Part shown: one piece after another, positions 1 through 8,698 of the stretch | Layout of the letters: every line of letters starts with the position of its first letter | How positions within the stretch are numbered: the stretch's first letter is position 1 | IMG/VR virus record: IMGVR_UViG_3300037461_000718 | Coordinates: 1 to 43,290 of that record | Source: a virus | Length of the DNA: 43,290 bases | Direction: 5' to 3' (one strand) | The notes under the pieces: model-generated | The model's database searches: none | What the model was told of the DNA's origin: nothing | What the model saw: only the letters and a program-made list of their open reading frames with translations | Program-made: the position numbers and the translations under genes

Positions 1-127
1 CCTCCGCGGACGAGAGCGGGACCACGGAGACTCCCGAAAAGAAGACCGCTGAACCCCCTGTTGTTGACGAGAAGGCGGAAGAGGGTGGCGGGGCAACCAA
101 GGACGAGGATGAACCCGAAGTCCTCAA
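1..127. repeat. Terminal direct repeat, identical to 43164-43290 (circular-closure overlap or short terminal redundancy)
   Basis: Base-by-base comparison of both window ends shows 127/127 identity, and the identity ends at the window edges. Confidence 0.95.
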
Positions 128-776
128 AAAACGCCTCCAGGACACGCAACGATGGGGGCACGAACTTTCTCACGAACTGGCGAGCCTGAAGAAGCAAATC
201 GAAGAAATGAAAACCGCTTCCGATCAGGCGGCCAAAGAGAAGGCCGAGGAAGTTCCCGAGGAAGTGAAGGCTTTCTACGAGGATTTTCCGGCGTTTGCCA
301 ACGCGGTTCAATACGAGGCCAAACGGCTGTTCAAGGAAACGATCGGTGATGTTGACGTCAAGAAGCTCAACGAGATGATCCAGTTTTCCGAAGGGCAGCG
401 GGAGTTTGAAAGCAGAGTCGTTCACGGGGTCTACGATGAGCAGGGTAAATTCATCGAAGGCCACGCCGACGCCTACCGTGTCATGGCCTCACCGGACTTC
501 AAGTCATGGTCCGATGAACAGCAGAAGGCAAACCCGGAGATTTTCAACGTAACCGATCCCGCTAAGGCCATCGGGATCATTTCTCAGTTCAAGGAACACG
601 CGGCCAAGGCTGGAGCGAAGAAGCACGACGAAGAGCGCAAGGCGGAGGCCGACAACGTTCGCCAGTTTGCAAGCGGCGGAATACCGCAGGGCACGCGGGC
701 GTCCGGGAGATCAAAATCACCGGACGAAGACGACCCGGAGAAACTTTTCAATATAGCCGCGGGGGTAAAGGGGTAG
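3..776 (+). CDS. Head scaffolding protein, 3' part. This is the same gene as 43055-43290 across the circular junction, 294 aa in total.
   Basis: Frame 3 is open from base 3 and is in frame with the ATG at 43055 once the 127-bp overlap is collapsed (885 nt). The protein is acidic, Glu/Lys-rich and coiled-coil-like, and lies directly upstream of the capsid gene. Confidence 0.6.
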   Translation, partial: SADESGTTETPEKKTAEPPVVDEKAEEGGGATKDEDEPEVLKKRLQDTQRWGHELSHELASLKKQIEEMKTASDQAAKEKAEEVPEEVKAFYEDFPAFANAVQYEAKRLFKETIGDVDVKKLNEMIQFSEGQREFESRVVHGVYDEQGKFIEGHADAYRVMASPDFKSWSDEQQKANPEIFNVTDPAKAIGIISQFKEHAAKAGAKKHDEERKAEADNVRQFASGGIPQGTRASGRSKSPDEDDPEKLFNIAAGVKG

Positions 777-832
777 CCGAGATGAATCGGGGTTTTCTCT
801 TTGCCTCCACGGAGGGGTAAGGAGGTCAAAAA

Positions 833-1837
833 ATGGCAGAGTACACCACCTATGGCGACATTTCGCCGAGAACCAATTTCATGGCTTGGGGTGAACTCCT
901 CAAGAGGACATCGCCCGGCATCGTGACCGAGCGGTTCGCTCAGACCAAGCCGATGCCGAAGGGCAAAGGAAGAACCCTGATTTTCCGCCGGTACATCGCG
1001 CTTTCGGCGGCCACGACGCCACTGGCGGAAGGCGTGACCCCTCCCGGCTCGAAGCCGACCTATGTGGACGTTGAGTGCACGGTGGAGCAGTACGGCGACT
1101 GGATCGGGATCACGGACGTTATCGAGGACACCCACGAGGACCCGGTGCTGCGAGAGTTCCAGAGCCTGCAGGCGCGTCAAATGAAAGAGACGCGGGAGAC
1201 GCTCAACATCAACGTGCTCAAGGGCGGGACGAACGTGTTCTACACCAACGGCACGCTCAGGACCAGCGTGAACACGGTTATGGACCGCGGCGACTTCCGG
1301 AAGATCGTGCGGGATTTGCGCGGGGCCGACGCCGAGTATTACATGGACGTGCTTTCGGGCAGTCCGGCGTATTCGACCGAGCCGGTCGGGCCTTCGTTCG
1401 TGGGGTTGGGGCACACCGACCTCGAGGCGGACCTGAAGAACGTTACCGGCTTCGTGGAAGTGAAGAACTACCCGAACCCGTCGAAGGCCATGCCTTACGA
1501 GGTGGGAGCGGCGGAGAACACCCGCTTTCTGCTCACCACCATGTTCGACGCCTGGGCGGATGGGGGCGCGGCCGGGGCGACCATGATCGGGACGACCAAT
1601 CCGGCGGCTGCCGTCGATGTGTACCCGGTCGTTATCCTGGCTCCCGATGCGTGGGCCACGGTTCCGTTGCGCGGAGTGAACAGCGGAAATATCGCCGTCG
1701 TCAACCCGAAGCCGACCAAAGATGACCCCCTGGGGCAGAGGGGCACCCTGGGATGGAAGTTCTGGCATACGGCCGTGATTCTGAATGACGATCTCATGGC
1801 CAGGCTGGAAACCGCGGCGACCCTTAACCCGAGCTAA
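833..1837 (+). CDS. Major capsid protein, N4-gp56 family type
   Basis: 334 aa. N-terminal YGDISPRT...ELLKR, then FRRY..L....PL.EGVTP, QYG.WI.ITDVI.DTHEDPVL and GTNVFY match my memory of the N4-gp56 capsid family. An RBS (aaggagg) lies upstream. Confidence 0.85.
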   Translation: MAEYTTYGDISPRTNFMAWGELLKRTSPGIVTERFAQTKPMPKGKGRTLIFRRYIALSAATTPLAEGVTPPGSKPTYVDVECTVEQYGDWIGITDVIEDTHEDPVLREFQSLQARQMKETRETLNINVLKGGTNVFYTNGTLRTSVNTVMDRGDFRKIVRDLRGADAEYYMDVLSGSPAYSTEPVGPSFVGLGHTDLEADLKNVTGFVEVKNYPNPSKAMPYEVGAAENTRFLLTTMFDAWADGGAAGATMIGTTNPAAAVDVYPVVILAPDAWATVPLRGVNSGNIAVVNPKPTKDDPLGQRGTLGWKFWHTAVILNDDLMARLETAATLNPS

Positions 1838-1846
1838 CAGATGAAC

Positions 1847-1863
1847 GGGGGCCATGAGCCCCC
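1847..1863 (+). terminator. GC hairpin after the capsid gene (attenuator or RNA-stabilising hairpin candidate)
   Basis: GGGGGC-catga-GCCCCC lies 10 nt after the capsid stop. No U-tract follows. Confidence 0.3.
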
Positions 1864-1890
1864 ATCATAGCGACAGAAGGAGACACGAAA

Positions 1891-2421
1891 ATGCCTCAAG
1901 GCGGGAATGAAATTGCACATGGGACCTGTGACGGGACCGGGGCCAAGATTTACGTCTGCCTCGGGTTTATTCCGCGACGGGTCAAGGTTTGGAACGTGGA
2001 CTCGGCCAACTTCGAAGTGCTGGAGTGGCAAAAAGAGAACGGCCTGGTGGCGAGCTACGCCGACGAAGGCCGGCTTACAAGGACGGCTTCCGGGGCGAAC
2101 GCCACCACGAAACTGGCGGTTGCCTCCGCGGCTCAACAGGGCATCCGTGAGTATGCCGGCGGTGATGTTCTCACCTACGATGGCGCGACCAACCTGAGGT
2201 GGGAGTACGGAGCGTCGAGCGCGGCCGCCGCAGAGGTTTTCGTTGACGGCCACTACAAGCGTACGGCTGCGAGCCAGACGGCTTATCAATGCTATGGCAA
2301 GCGCGTGGAACCCAACCCGAGAGACGGGATGAAAGTCACGGCTCCTCCCGGTTTTTCGATCGGGGCCAACTCGAACATCAACGCGGACGGCGAGCAACTC
2401 ATGTGGGAAGCCGTCCGATAA
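1891..2421 (+). CDS. Hypothetical virion protein (capsid-associated or decoration candidate)
   Basis: 176-aa ORF with an RBS (aaggaga), placed directly after the capsid gene and bounded by hairpins on both sides. Confidence 0.45.
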   Translation: MPQGGNEIAHGTCDGTGAKIYVCLGFIPRRVKVWNVDSANFEVLEWQKENGLVASYADEGRLTRTASGANATTKLAVASAAQQGIREYAGGDVLTYDGATNLRWEYGASSAAAAEVFVDGHYKRTAASQTAYQCYGKRVEPNPRDGMKVTAPPGFSIGANSNINADGEQLMWEAVR

Positions 2422-2435
2422 GTCAACCGATCATG

Positions 2436-2465
2436 GGCCGGGTCCGAAACAGGTAGGACCCGGCC
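2436..2465 (+). terminator. Intrinsic-terminator-like hairpin
   Basis: Perfect 10-bp GC-rich stem GGCCGGGTCC / GGACCCGGCC with a 10-nt loop, 15 nt after the stop at 2421. A moderately T-rich tail (ATAAAGGATTCTTGTG) follows. Confidence 0.5.
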
Positions 2466-2478
2466 ATAAAGGATTCTT

Positions 2479-3222
2479 GTGTATCGACAGTTTTTCAATG
2501 CCAGCCTGAGAATGATCCACGAGCGTTTGAAACCCTACTGTTCAGGCTCCGGGAAGTGTGTCGAGATCACCGATACGGGCAAGTTTAGGCTTCTTACCGC
2601 CCACATCATAGACAGTCCATGGATCTTTGTTAAGCCGGCGCGATTCAGGCGGTGCAATCTCTGGCAGTTCTGGGAAGAGATGTTCCCTCGGATCGACGAC
2701 ATCCCGTATATCCCGAGCGGATGCCAGGCCTGTTGGAAGGTCGTTATACGGCCGGCGAACGTCCATGAACTCTTTATGCTGTTGGGGGTTTTGCAGGCAT
2801 CGGATTTACCGAGCAAGTGCGGGATAGACCTCCGGCGGCACACGAGCCAGCCTTACGGAGGTTTTGTCTATTGCGACAGCATCGACCAGGGGAGCGAGTA
2901 CCTCGAGTTTCTGAAACCGATGATTGCTCAGCAGCTTTCGGAAGAGACGGCGAATCATCGCATGATCTTGAAGCGCGGATGCACCGAGTTCGACCGCAAG
3001 ATGCCGTCTAACGAGTGGTCAATGCCGGCGTCTCACCGGAAGATCGAACGCTACCTGACCGACATGTTTGTCCAGGACCCCTACGAATACCACGAATCCG
3101 AGGCGACGACGGCTTTCAAGTGTCAGGACTTCATTCTGCACGCCAATTCCATCGGGGACATGAGTTGGCGCGAGGTGGTCGGAGACGGAGTGCAGCTGAC
3201 AGTCCAGTGCGTCACCTACTGA
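2479..3222 (+). CDS. Hypothetical Cys/Trp-rich protein, not recognisably structural (alternative start ATG 2509)
   Basis: 247-aa ORF with motifs SGCQACWKVVIRP and LKRGCTEF. It follows a strong hairpin. I cannot place the family. Confidence 0.5.
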   Translation: MYRQFFNASLRMIHERLKPYCSGSGKCVEITDTGKFRLLTAHIIDSPWIFVKPARFRRCNLWQFWEEMFPRIDDIPYIPSGCQACWKVVIRPANVHELFMLLGVLQASDLPSKCGIDLRRHTSQPYGGFVYCDSIDQGSEYLEFLKPMIAQQLSEETANHRMILKRGCTEFDRKMPSNEWSMPASHRKIERYLTDMFVQDPYEYHESEATTAFKCQDFILHANSIGDMSWREVVGDGVQLTVQCVTY

Positions 3223-3235
3223 AAGAGAGGGTTTC

Positions 3236-3640
3236 ATGAGCAGAGCAACAGCGGTAGCCGATGAGAAATCCATGTCACCATCGAAAGCCAGGGAATACGC
3301 CGTGATCCGGTTCCCCGGGAAGACCAAGAAGACGGACCCGGACATTGTCAGCATCGGGGTCAATGGAATCAAGATCCGGTGCAAACGGAACGAGCTGATT
3401 CCGATCCAGGCCCCCTTCATCGAGGCGCTGAGAAACGCCAAAGAGCCGGTGGTTGAAGGCGGAGAAGGATTTGACCCGACGAACAGCATTCTCCGTCGAA
3501 GGAAGATCGTCAACTTTGCGGCCCGGTTTCCGTTTGAGCTGATCGGGTGGATCGACGAGGAAACCTATGAGGATTTCCGCCGGCGCACAACCGAAGGCGA
3601 GAGTCTGACGGAAAAGGAAGTCTTTGCAAGGATAGGCTGA
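3236..3640 (+). CDS. Hypothetical protein in the head/connector module
   Basis: 134-aa ORF, closely spaced with its neighbours in the late operon. Confidence 0.5.
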   Translation: MSRATAVADEKSMSPSKAREYAVIRFPGKTKKTDPDIVSIGVNGIKIRCKRNELIPIQAPFIEALRNAKEPVVEGGEGFDPTNSILRRRKIVNFAARFPFELIGWIDEETYEDFRRRTTEGESLTEKEVFARIG

Positions 3641-3644
3641 GACC

Positions 3645-4481
3645 ATGCCCATAACGGATTATGCCAAGAACCTCTATACGATCACCCTGGAGACCTATCG
3701 GCTGTGCGGTGACACGCTGCCCGGGGACGAACGCGGGAGGATCTGGCGCGAAGCCGAGTTGGTTGACGCCATAAACCGGGCGGTGCTGTTCGCCATGGAT
3801 CGCGCCGGTGTTCTCAAGACAACCCGGGTTATCCCGCTGCAGGATGGTGTTTGTGTTTACGACCTGCCGTCCGATTGCGTGAGACTCATGCGGGTTAACA
3901 TGCACGGGCTTGAGGGTTACGTGGTGCTGCCCCTGACCGTAACGGAACTGGACCTGAAGGGGTGCGCCATGGCTTCGGAGGGTGACCCATTAAACTTTTA
4001 CCGTGAGTTTCTGGATTCGGATCAGATCGGAGTTTACCCGATTCCTTCCGGTGACGGATCGAGTTTCACGCGGGACAGTGATTATGGGCTTCTAAGGCGG
4101 ATCACGGATGCCGACGGGAATTATGTGACCTTCGATGCCGGAAGACCGCTGAGAAGGATCAGGGGCGTACCGTTCGAGCGCACCGGTGACGGGCGGATAA
4201 TCAGGGAAGTTATTTCTCCTTACGGGAACCTGGTGATTCACTACCAACGAGCGCCGGCCATGATGCGGAAGCGCTCCGATTATCCGGATTCCGGAATACC
4301 CGAGTGGTTCCACAAGGAGATCAAGTACGGGGCCGGGACTCATCTCCTGAGATACCGGAGGAACAAGCTTGACCAGGCCAGGGTGATGCGCTGCCGGCGC
4401 AGATGGCTCAGTGCTCTGCTTGCGCTGCAAAGGCGCATCGAGCACAAGGGACCGATGGACGCTCAATCGAGGCCGATATAG
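3645..4481 (+). CDS. Virion protein, head-tail adaptor/connector candidate (paralog A)
   Basis: 278 aa. It shares ELV.AIN.A.L, Y.L, TELDL, YPIP..DG, GN..I.Y...P.MM...DYPD and H.EI with the next ORF. Confidence 0.45.
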   Translation: MPITDYAKNLYTITLETYRLCGDTLPGDERGRIWREAELVDAINRAVLFAMDRAGVLKTTRVIPLQDGVCVYDLPSDCVRLMRVNMHGLEGYVVLPLTVTELDLKGCAMASEGDPLNFYREFLDSDQIGVYPIPSGDGSSFTRDSDYGLLRRITDADGNYVTFDAGRPLRRIRGVPFERTGDGRIIREVISPYGNLVIHYQRAPAMMRKRSDYPDSGIPEWFHKEIKYGAGTHLLRYRRNKLDQARVMRCRRRWLSALLALQRRIEHKGPMDAQSRPI

Positions 4482-4485
4482 AGAG

Positions 4486-5184
4486 ATGGAACCGCTATCA
4501 TCATATCGCATGACCTTTTCAGACCTGGTTTCGATGGTCTATCTCATGATCGACGACCCTTCCAGGGAGCGGTTTCCGCTGGAGGTTGTGGAGTTGGCAA
4601 TCAACGAAGCGATGCTCGATATCGCGCTTGATACCCAGTTGGTGCGAGACGACGTTTCGATTCAGCTCCAGGAAGACCAGCACATCTACTCTTTGCACGA
4701 CGCCATAGCGGCAGGCGGCAAGAAAGCCCTGGCCTATCCCTTGAGGGTAATTTACGACGCATCGACAAACGCCGGCCTGCCTCCCGTTGCCACGGAACTC
4801 TTCGATCTGGCGGGGATCGACCTGGACACCAGCGCATGGCCCATGTATTGGCGCCCCGACATTTTCCCGTGGGGAGAGTTCGCGCTGTACCCGATCCCAA
4901 ACGCTGACGGTGAGACCCTGCCGACGCTTACGGGGAACATCCAGATCAAGTATGTGGCTTATCCGACCATGATGGAAGCAGACGGAGATTATCCCGACAC
5001 ACTGCCGGCTCAATATCATGAAATCATCGCGGTGAGAGCGGCGGAAGCGGTGCTTGAGACCGGCGGGGAAGAGGATTTGGTTTTAGCCGAGGCTTTCGAG
5101 AAAGATTTCGTCGGCATGAAGTCCAGGATCGTCGGCGACCAGTATCGAGGCATGACCCATTACGACGCCATGAGGCCCATGTGA
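4486..5184 (+). CDS. Virion protein, head-tail adaptor/connector candidate (paralog B)
   Basis: The ATG at 4486 lies 5 nt after the previous stop. 232 aa, alignable to 3645-4481 over its full length. Confidence 0.45.
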   Translation: MEPLSSYRMTFSDLVSMVYLMIDDPSRERFPLEVVELAINEAMLDIALDTQLVRDDVSIQLQEDQHIYSLHDAIAAGGKKALAYPLRVIYDASTNAGLPPVATELFDLAGIDLDTSAWPMYWRPDIFPWGEFALYPIPNADGETLPTLTGNIQIKYVAYPTMMEADGDYPDTLPAQYHEIIAVRAAEAVLETGGEEDLVLAEAFEKDFVGMKSRIVGDQYRGMTHYDAMRPM

Positions 5185-7370
5185 AACAGAGCATCGTGCT
5201 AGCCGACTTCAAGGGCATAGCGCCGCGTTACGGCGACCTGATCAAGGTCGGGATGGCTGAAACCGCCGTCGATTGCGATCTTTGGCGGGGGAAACTCGGA
5301 CCTCGGAATTCCGATGACCTGGTTTCGGCCAACACCAACAGCCACAATTCCATTTTCAAGTTCGGAGAGACGTGGCTTTCCGGGAACGACTCCTATTATC
5401 TCGAATGGCGGATCGGAACGACCGATATTCTGATTTATCTCGACAACGGCACGCTCAAGCGAAGAATCGGGGCGGTAACGGTCGATCTTGGCCAGAACCC
5501 TCCGGGTAAGCCGTCAGCCTCGAACATCACTCAGCGGTTCTATCTGTCCGATACGGCAACCTATGAGTGGAGAGCGTCCGGAACCAACAACGAAGCCTAT
5601 TGCGTGCTGGTCGGAGGCGGCAACCCGTCCCTTCCTTATGACGGCGGAGCCGTTCTCTATGTCAACGGCGAAGTCAAAACCAAGGGGGCGGTCGGAACCC
5701 TGGATTACAACCAGTGGGGGTACGGCAACAACGACTCCCTGGGGTTCAGCACGATTTACATCAAGTTCAGCTATCCGGCCGGGGCCGGAGGTCAGTGGTA
5801 TTGGGCCGCGTCGGCGGTAGCAGGGGAATACTACCTTGCAGCCACATCCGGACCCATGCCGACCGTTCCGAGCGCTCCCCGGTATGTTTCGGAAGTGGTT
5901 GACGGCGGGACCCTGTTTACCGCGGGTACACTCGGTTCCCTTGGAAGCAATGAATACGCCGTGGGGGACAATGACGCCCTGGGCGCGAACGCGATATATA
6001 TCAGAACAGACGGGAGCGACCCCAACGGCGTCATCGAATCGTTGTTCGCCATGGACATCGTGAACAACATGTGGTGGTGGACCGAGTTCGGATCTCCCGC
6101 CAGCGACGACACCGTAACGACAACGAGTTCGATCATTTACACCGTCCATGAAGGAAGCCTGGTCGGCAACTACCGTTACGTCACGACCCTGACGCGCAAC
6201 GTAGGGGGTTACACCGATGAATCCGGGCCTTCGGAGGTCTCCGACGAGATCAGTATTGCCGAAGGGATGGGATCTAAAATCCAGATCATCAAGCCGACAA
6301 TCAGCGACCCGTATGTGACTCACTGGAATATCTACCGGCTCAGCGACAATACGGCGGAATATCTTTTCGTCGCGCAGGCTACAGCGGCCACACCGTCATA
6401 TGTTGACAACACGGTTGATGCCGATCTCAGCACGGCCATTTCCACTTGGTACACGTCGAATCAGGGGAACGAGGTCACTTTTGCCAAGCCGCTCAGCGGC
6501 ATGGAGGGCATTGCGACTGACCTGCACGCCGGCATGATTTTCACCTGGAAGGGTTCGACGCTCTATTTCTGCGAACCGGGCATTCCCGACGCATGGCCGG
6601 CGCATTACACCATCAACTTCCGGTCGCCGATCAAGCGCGTGCTGCCGTTCGCCGGATCGGTAGCGGTGCTGTGCGAAACCGGGCCGTTCAGGGTGGACGG
6701 GACGCAGCCGGAGCAGCTGCAGCCATCGAAAGCGCTGGGAAACGAGCCCTGCATTAGCACCGTGGCCTGTGTGACGAATAAGGGCGTGGTGTACCTTTCG
6801 GACAGCGGTCTCGTGCTCTTCAACCTGGTTGATAGCACGGTATTCAGCCTGGGGGCCTTCAACGAGCTTTGGTTCAACGATAACGTGGCCCCGGACGGCG
6901 CCGTGATTGTCGCCAGTCACGACGTGCTCTACCTGTTCCATTCCGCCGGAACGCTCTGCTACAACGCGACAACATCACAGTGGACCCAACTGAGCCTGGT
7001 GGCAATCGCCGCCTGGGTCAACCCCGAAGATGGTGATGCCTATTATCTGCTCGAGGGGACGGGAATCTATCACCTGATGAACAATGACTCGGTGCCGGTC
7101 GATTTTACTTGGGGAAGCGGTCAACTCCTCGGAAAAGACCCGGAGGCGGACAAGCGGTGGACCCGGCTGCGGGCCAAGGGCACTGGGACTGTCACGATAG
7201 CGGCGGCGGTTGACGGCGATACCGTGGCAACGAAGGCCGTCAACATGGATTCCGTGCTTGACAGGGACGGGCGGCTGAACCTTCCGGTTTCGGCGGTGGG
7301 AAGAAGCATGAAGCTGACGTTTTCAGGGACCGGCACGGTCGAGCAGGCCATTGTGGAGTATGAGCTGTGA
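5181..7370 (+). CDS. Large virion protein, tail tube/nozzle candidate
   Basis: 729 aa. The GTG start overlaps the upstream stop (ATGTGA). Size and position after the adaptor-like genes fit a podovirus layout. Confidence 0.4.
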   Translation: MKQSIVLADFKGIAPRYGDLIKVGMAETAVDCDLWRGKLGPRNSDDLVSANTNSHNSIFKFGETWLSGNDSYYLEWRIGTTDILIYLDNGTLKRRIGAVTVDLGQNPPGKPSASNITQRFYLSDTATYEWRASGTNNEAYCVLVGGGNPSLPYDGGAVLYVNGEVKTKGAVGTLDYNQWGYGNNDSLGFSTIYIKFSYPAGAGGQWYWAASAVAGEYYLAATSGPMPTVPSAPRYVSEVVDGGTLFTAGTLGSLGSNEYAVGDNDALGANAIYIRTDGSDPNGVIESLFAMDIVNNMWWWTEFGSPASDDTVTTTSSIIYTVHEGSLVGNYRYVTTLTRNVGGYTDESGPSEVSDEISIAEGMGSKIQIIKPTISDPYVTHWNIYRLSDNTAEYLFVAQATAATPSYVDNTVDADLSTAISTWYTSNQGNEVTFAKPLSGMEGIATDLHAGMIFTWKGSTLYFCEPGIPDAWPAHYTINFRSPIKRVLPFAGSVAVLCETGPFRVDGTQPEQLQPSKALGNEPCISTVACVTNKGVVYLSDSGLVLFNLVDSTVFSLGAFNELWFNDNVAPDGAVIVASHDVLYLFHSAGTLCYNATTSQWTQLSLVAIAAWVNPEDGDAYYLLEGTGIYHLMNNDSVPVDFTWGSGQLLGKDPEADKRWTRLRAKGTGTVTIAAAVDGDTVATKAVNMDSVLDRDGRLNLPVSAVGRSMKLTFSGTGTVEQAIVEYEL

Positions 7371-7531
7371 GCACAAACCAGATCCGCACATCCTCAGAGA
7401 GCCTGACCGTAACGGCGTTGGATCTCAATGCCATCAACCGGGTGATGATCGTGATCGACCGGAGGTTGCAGAAGCTGGAGGCGGACCTCAAGGCGGCCGT
7501 GAAGCGGATCGAGGTGCTGGAGGCAAGTTGA
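7367..7531 (+). CDS. Small coiled-coil protein (54 aa), below the ORF-track length cutoff
   Basis: The GTG at 7367 overlaps the TGA of the 729-aa gene. The ORF translates VSTNQIRTSSESLTVTALDLNAINRVMIVIDRRLQKLEADLKAAVKRIEVLEAS, and its stop overlaps the TTG start of the next gene. Confidence 0.35.
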   Translation: MSTNQIRTSSESLTVTALDLNAINRVMIVIDRRLQKLEADLKAAVKRIEVLEAS

Positions 7532-7992
7532 AGATAGCGACCATAGACGATCTTGAATTCGTGGACATGGTTTTCAAGCACGAAGCGGTATGGCCTTTTA
7601 TGAGCGAGGATGGAGCGGATTTGCAAAATTTCACGGCGCGGCCATTACTGGATCATCCGAATTGTATAGTGCTGATACCGAATCAATGGAGCGTGTTCGT
7701 GGCTACTCCGATCAACAGGACAACCTTTGACTGTCATCAAAACGTGCTCCCCGAAGGGCGAGGCAAGGCGGCAATGACAGCCGGGCAACACTGCATCGAC
7801 TGGGTGTTCAAGAACACATCATACAGCAAGCTTATGGGGTGGATACCGTTTTTCAACCGGCCGGCCTATGCGCTGGCAATTCGCCTGGGTTTTTGGGTGG
7901 AAGGCATTGCGAGAAAGAGCTTCACCAAAAACGCGAAACTTTACGATCAATGGCTTGTCGGCCTGGCGAAAGGGGAACGCAAATGGGCATAG
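7528..7992 (+). CDS. GNAT-family N-acetyltransferase (alternative start ATG 7567)
   Basis: VLPEGRGKAAMTAGQHCIDWVF...NRPAYALAIRLGFWVEGIARKSF fits the GNAT motif A (R-x-x-G-x-A) and the following N..A..L..K.GF..EG pattern. The Arg/Gly-rich N-terminal extension shown in the ORF track is probably not translated. Confidence 0.6.
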   Translation: MKIATIDDLEFVDMVFKHEAVWPFMSEDGADLQNFTARPLLDHPNCIVLIPNQWSVFVATPINRTTFDCHQNVLPEGRGKAAMTAGQHCIDWVFKNTSYSKLMGWIPFFNRPAYALAIRLGFWVEGIARKSFTKNAKLYDQWLVGLAKGERKWA

Positions 7993-8684
7993 AAACAGCG
8001 ATTGCCGTTGGTGGTCTGGCAATGAGCGCGGCCGGAACCGTCGGTGGTCTGGTCGGAGGATCGAAGGCGGCGGGGGCGGCGAGTGACGCTGCTGACGCCC
8101 AGACCCGTTTAGCGGCGGAACAGGCGGCTCTTGCGCGGGAGCAATGGGACCGCTACCTGAAGGTCTTTGCGCCTTACGAAGAAAAGCTTTTGGCCGAGGC
8201 CGCGACGCCCACCAGGGAAAGCCCCGGCTACCTGGCGCAGATGGGGACGATCAACCGGCAGTATGCCGACACGGGAGCCAATCTCCGGAGGATGATGGGA
8301 GGGCGGTACGAGTCCGGCGGAGGGATTGAGGCGGCCATTCAATCCGGACTTGAGCGAAACCGCGTGCGGGACGTCGCCAAGGCTCAGAACGCCCACGAAA
8401 ACGAGCGCTGGAACAAGATGATGGGGATTGCCGGTTTCGGGCGCAACCTCCCGGCTACGGCAACCGCAGGCTATCAGGGCGCGGGGTCTCAGTACGGAAG
8501 CCTTGCCAACATGTACGGGAATTTGAGCGGGCAGGCATTCGGAGGCGTGGGCCAGGGGATCGGAAATCTTATGCAGATGTACGCGCTCAGCCGTCCGCAA
8601 GTTCGATCCACCACACCGAGCACCGGAGCCTCGTGGCTTGGCAATGCCATGTATGAGACTCCCGGTTATGGCTACTGGGATTAA
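7983..8684 (+). CDS. Internal virion/ejection protein candidate
   Basis: The ATG at 7983 overlaps the GNAT stop. 233 aa with a Gly/Ala-rich hydrophobic N-terminus (IAVGGLAMSAAGTVGGLVGG) followed by a helical region. It lies upstream of the SLT-domain protein. Confidence 0.45.
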   Translation: MGIETAIAVGGLAMSAAGTVGGLVGGSKAAGAASDAADAQTRLAAEQAALAREQWDRYLKVFAPYEEKLLAEAATPTRESPGYLAQMGTINRQYADTGANLRRMMGGRYESGGGIEAAIQSGLERNRVRDVAKAQNAHENERWNKMMGIAGFGRNLPATATAGYQGAGSQYGSLANMYGNLSGQAFGGVGQGIGNLMQMYALSRPQVRSTTPSTGASWLGNAMYETPGYGYWD

Positions 8685-8698
8685 CTGGAGGTTGTCAA

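Noticed and set aside
584-1855. 423-aa minus-strand ORF antisense to the scaffold and capsid genes
   Set aside because: Its Arg/Gly/Pro/His-rich composition is typical of the antisense frame of GC-rich coding DNA. The plus strand carries a clear capsid homolog with an RBS. The same reasoning applies to 1834-2397(-), 5514-6323(-), 9660-10328(-) and 11607-12272(-).
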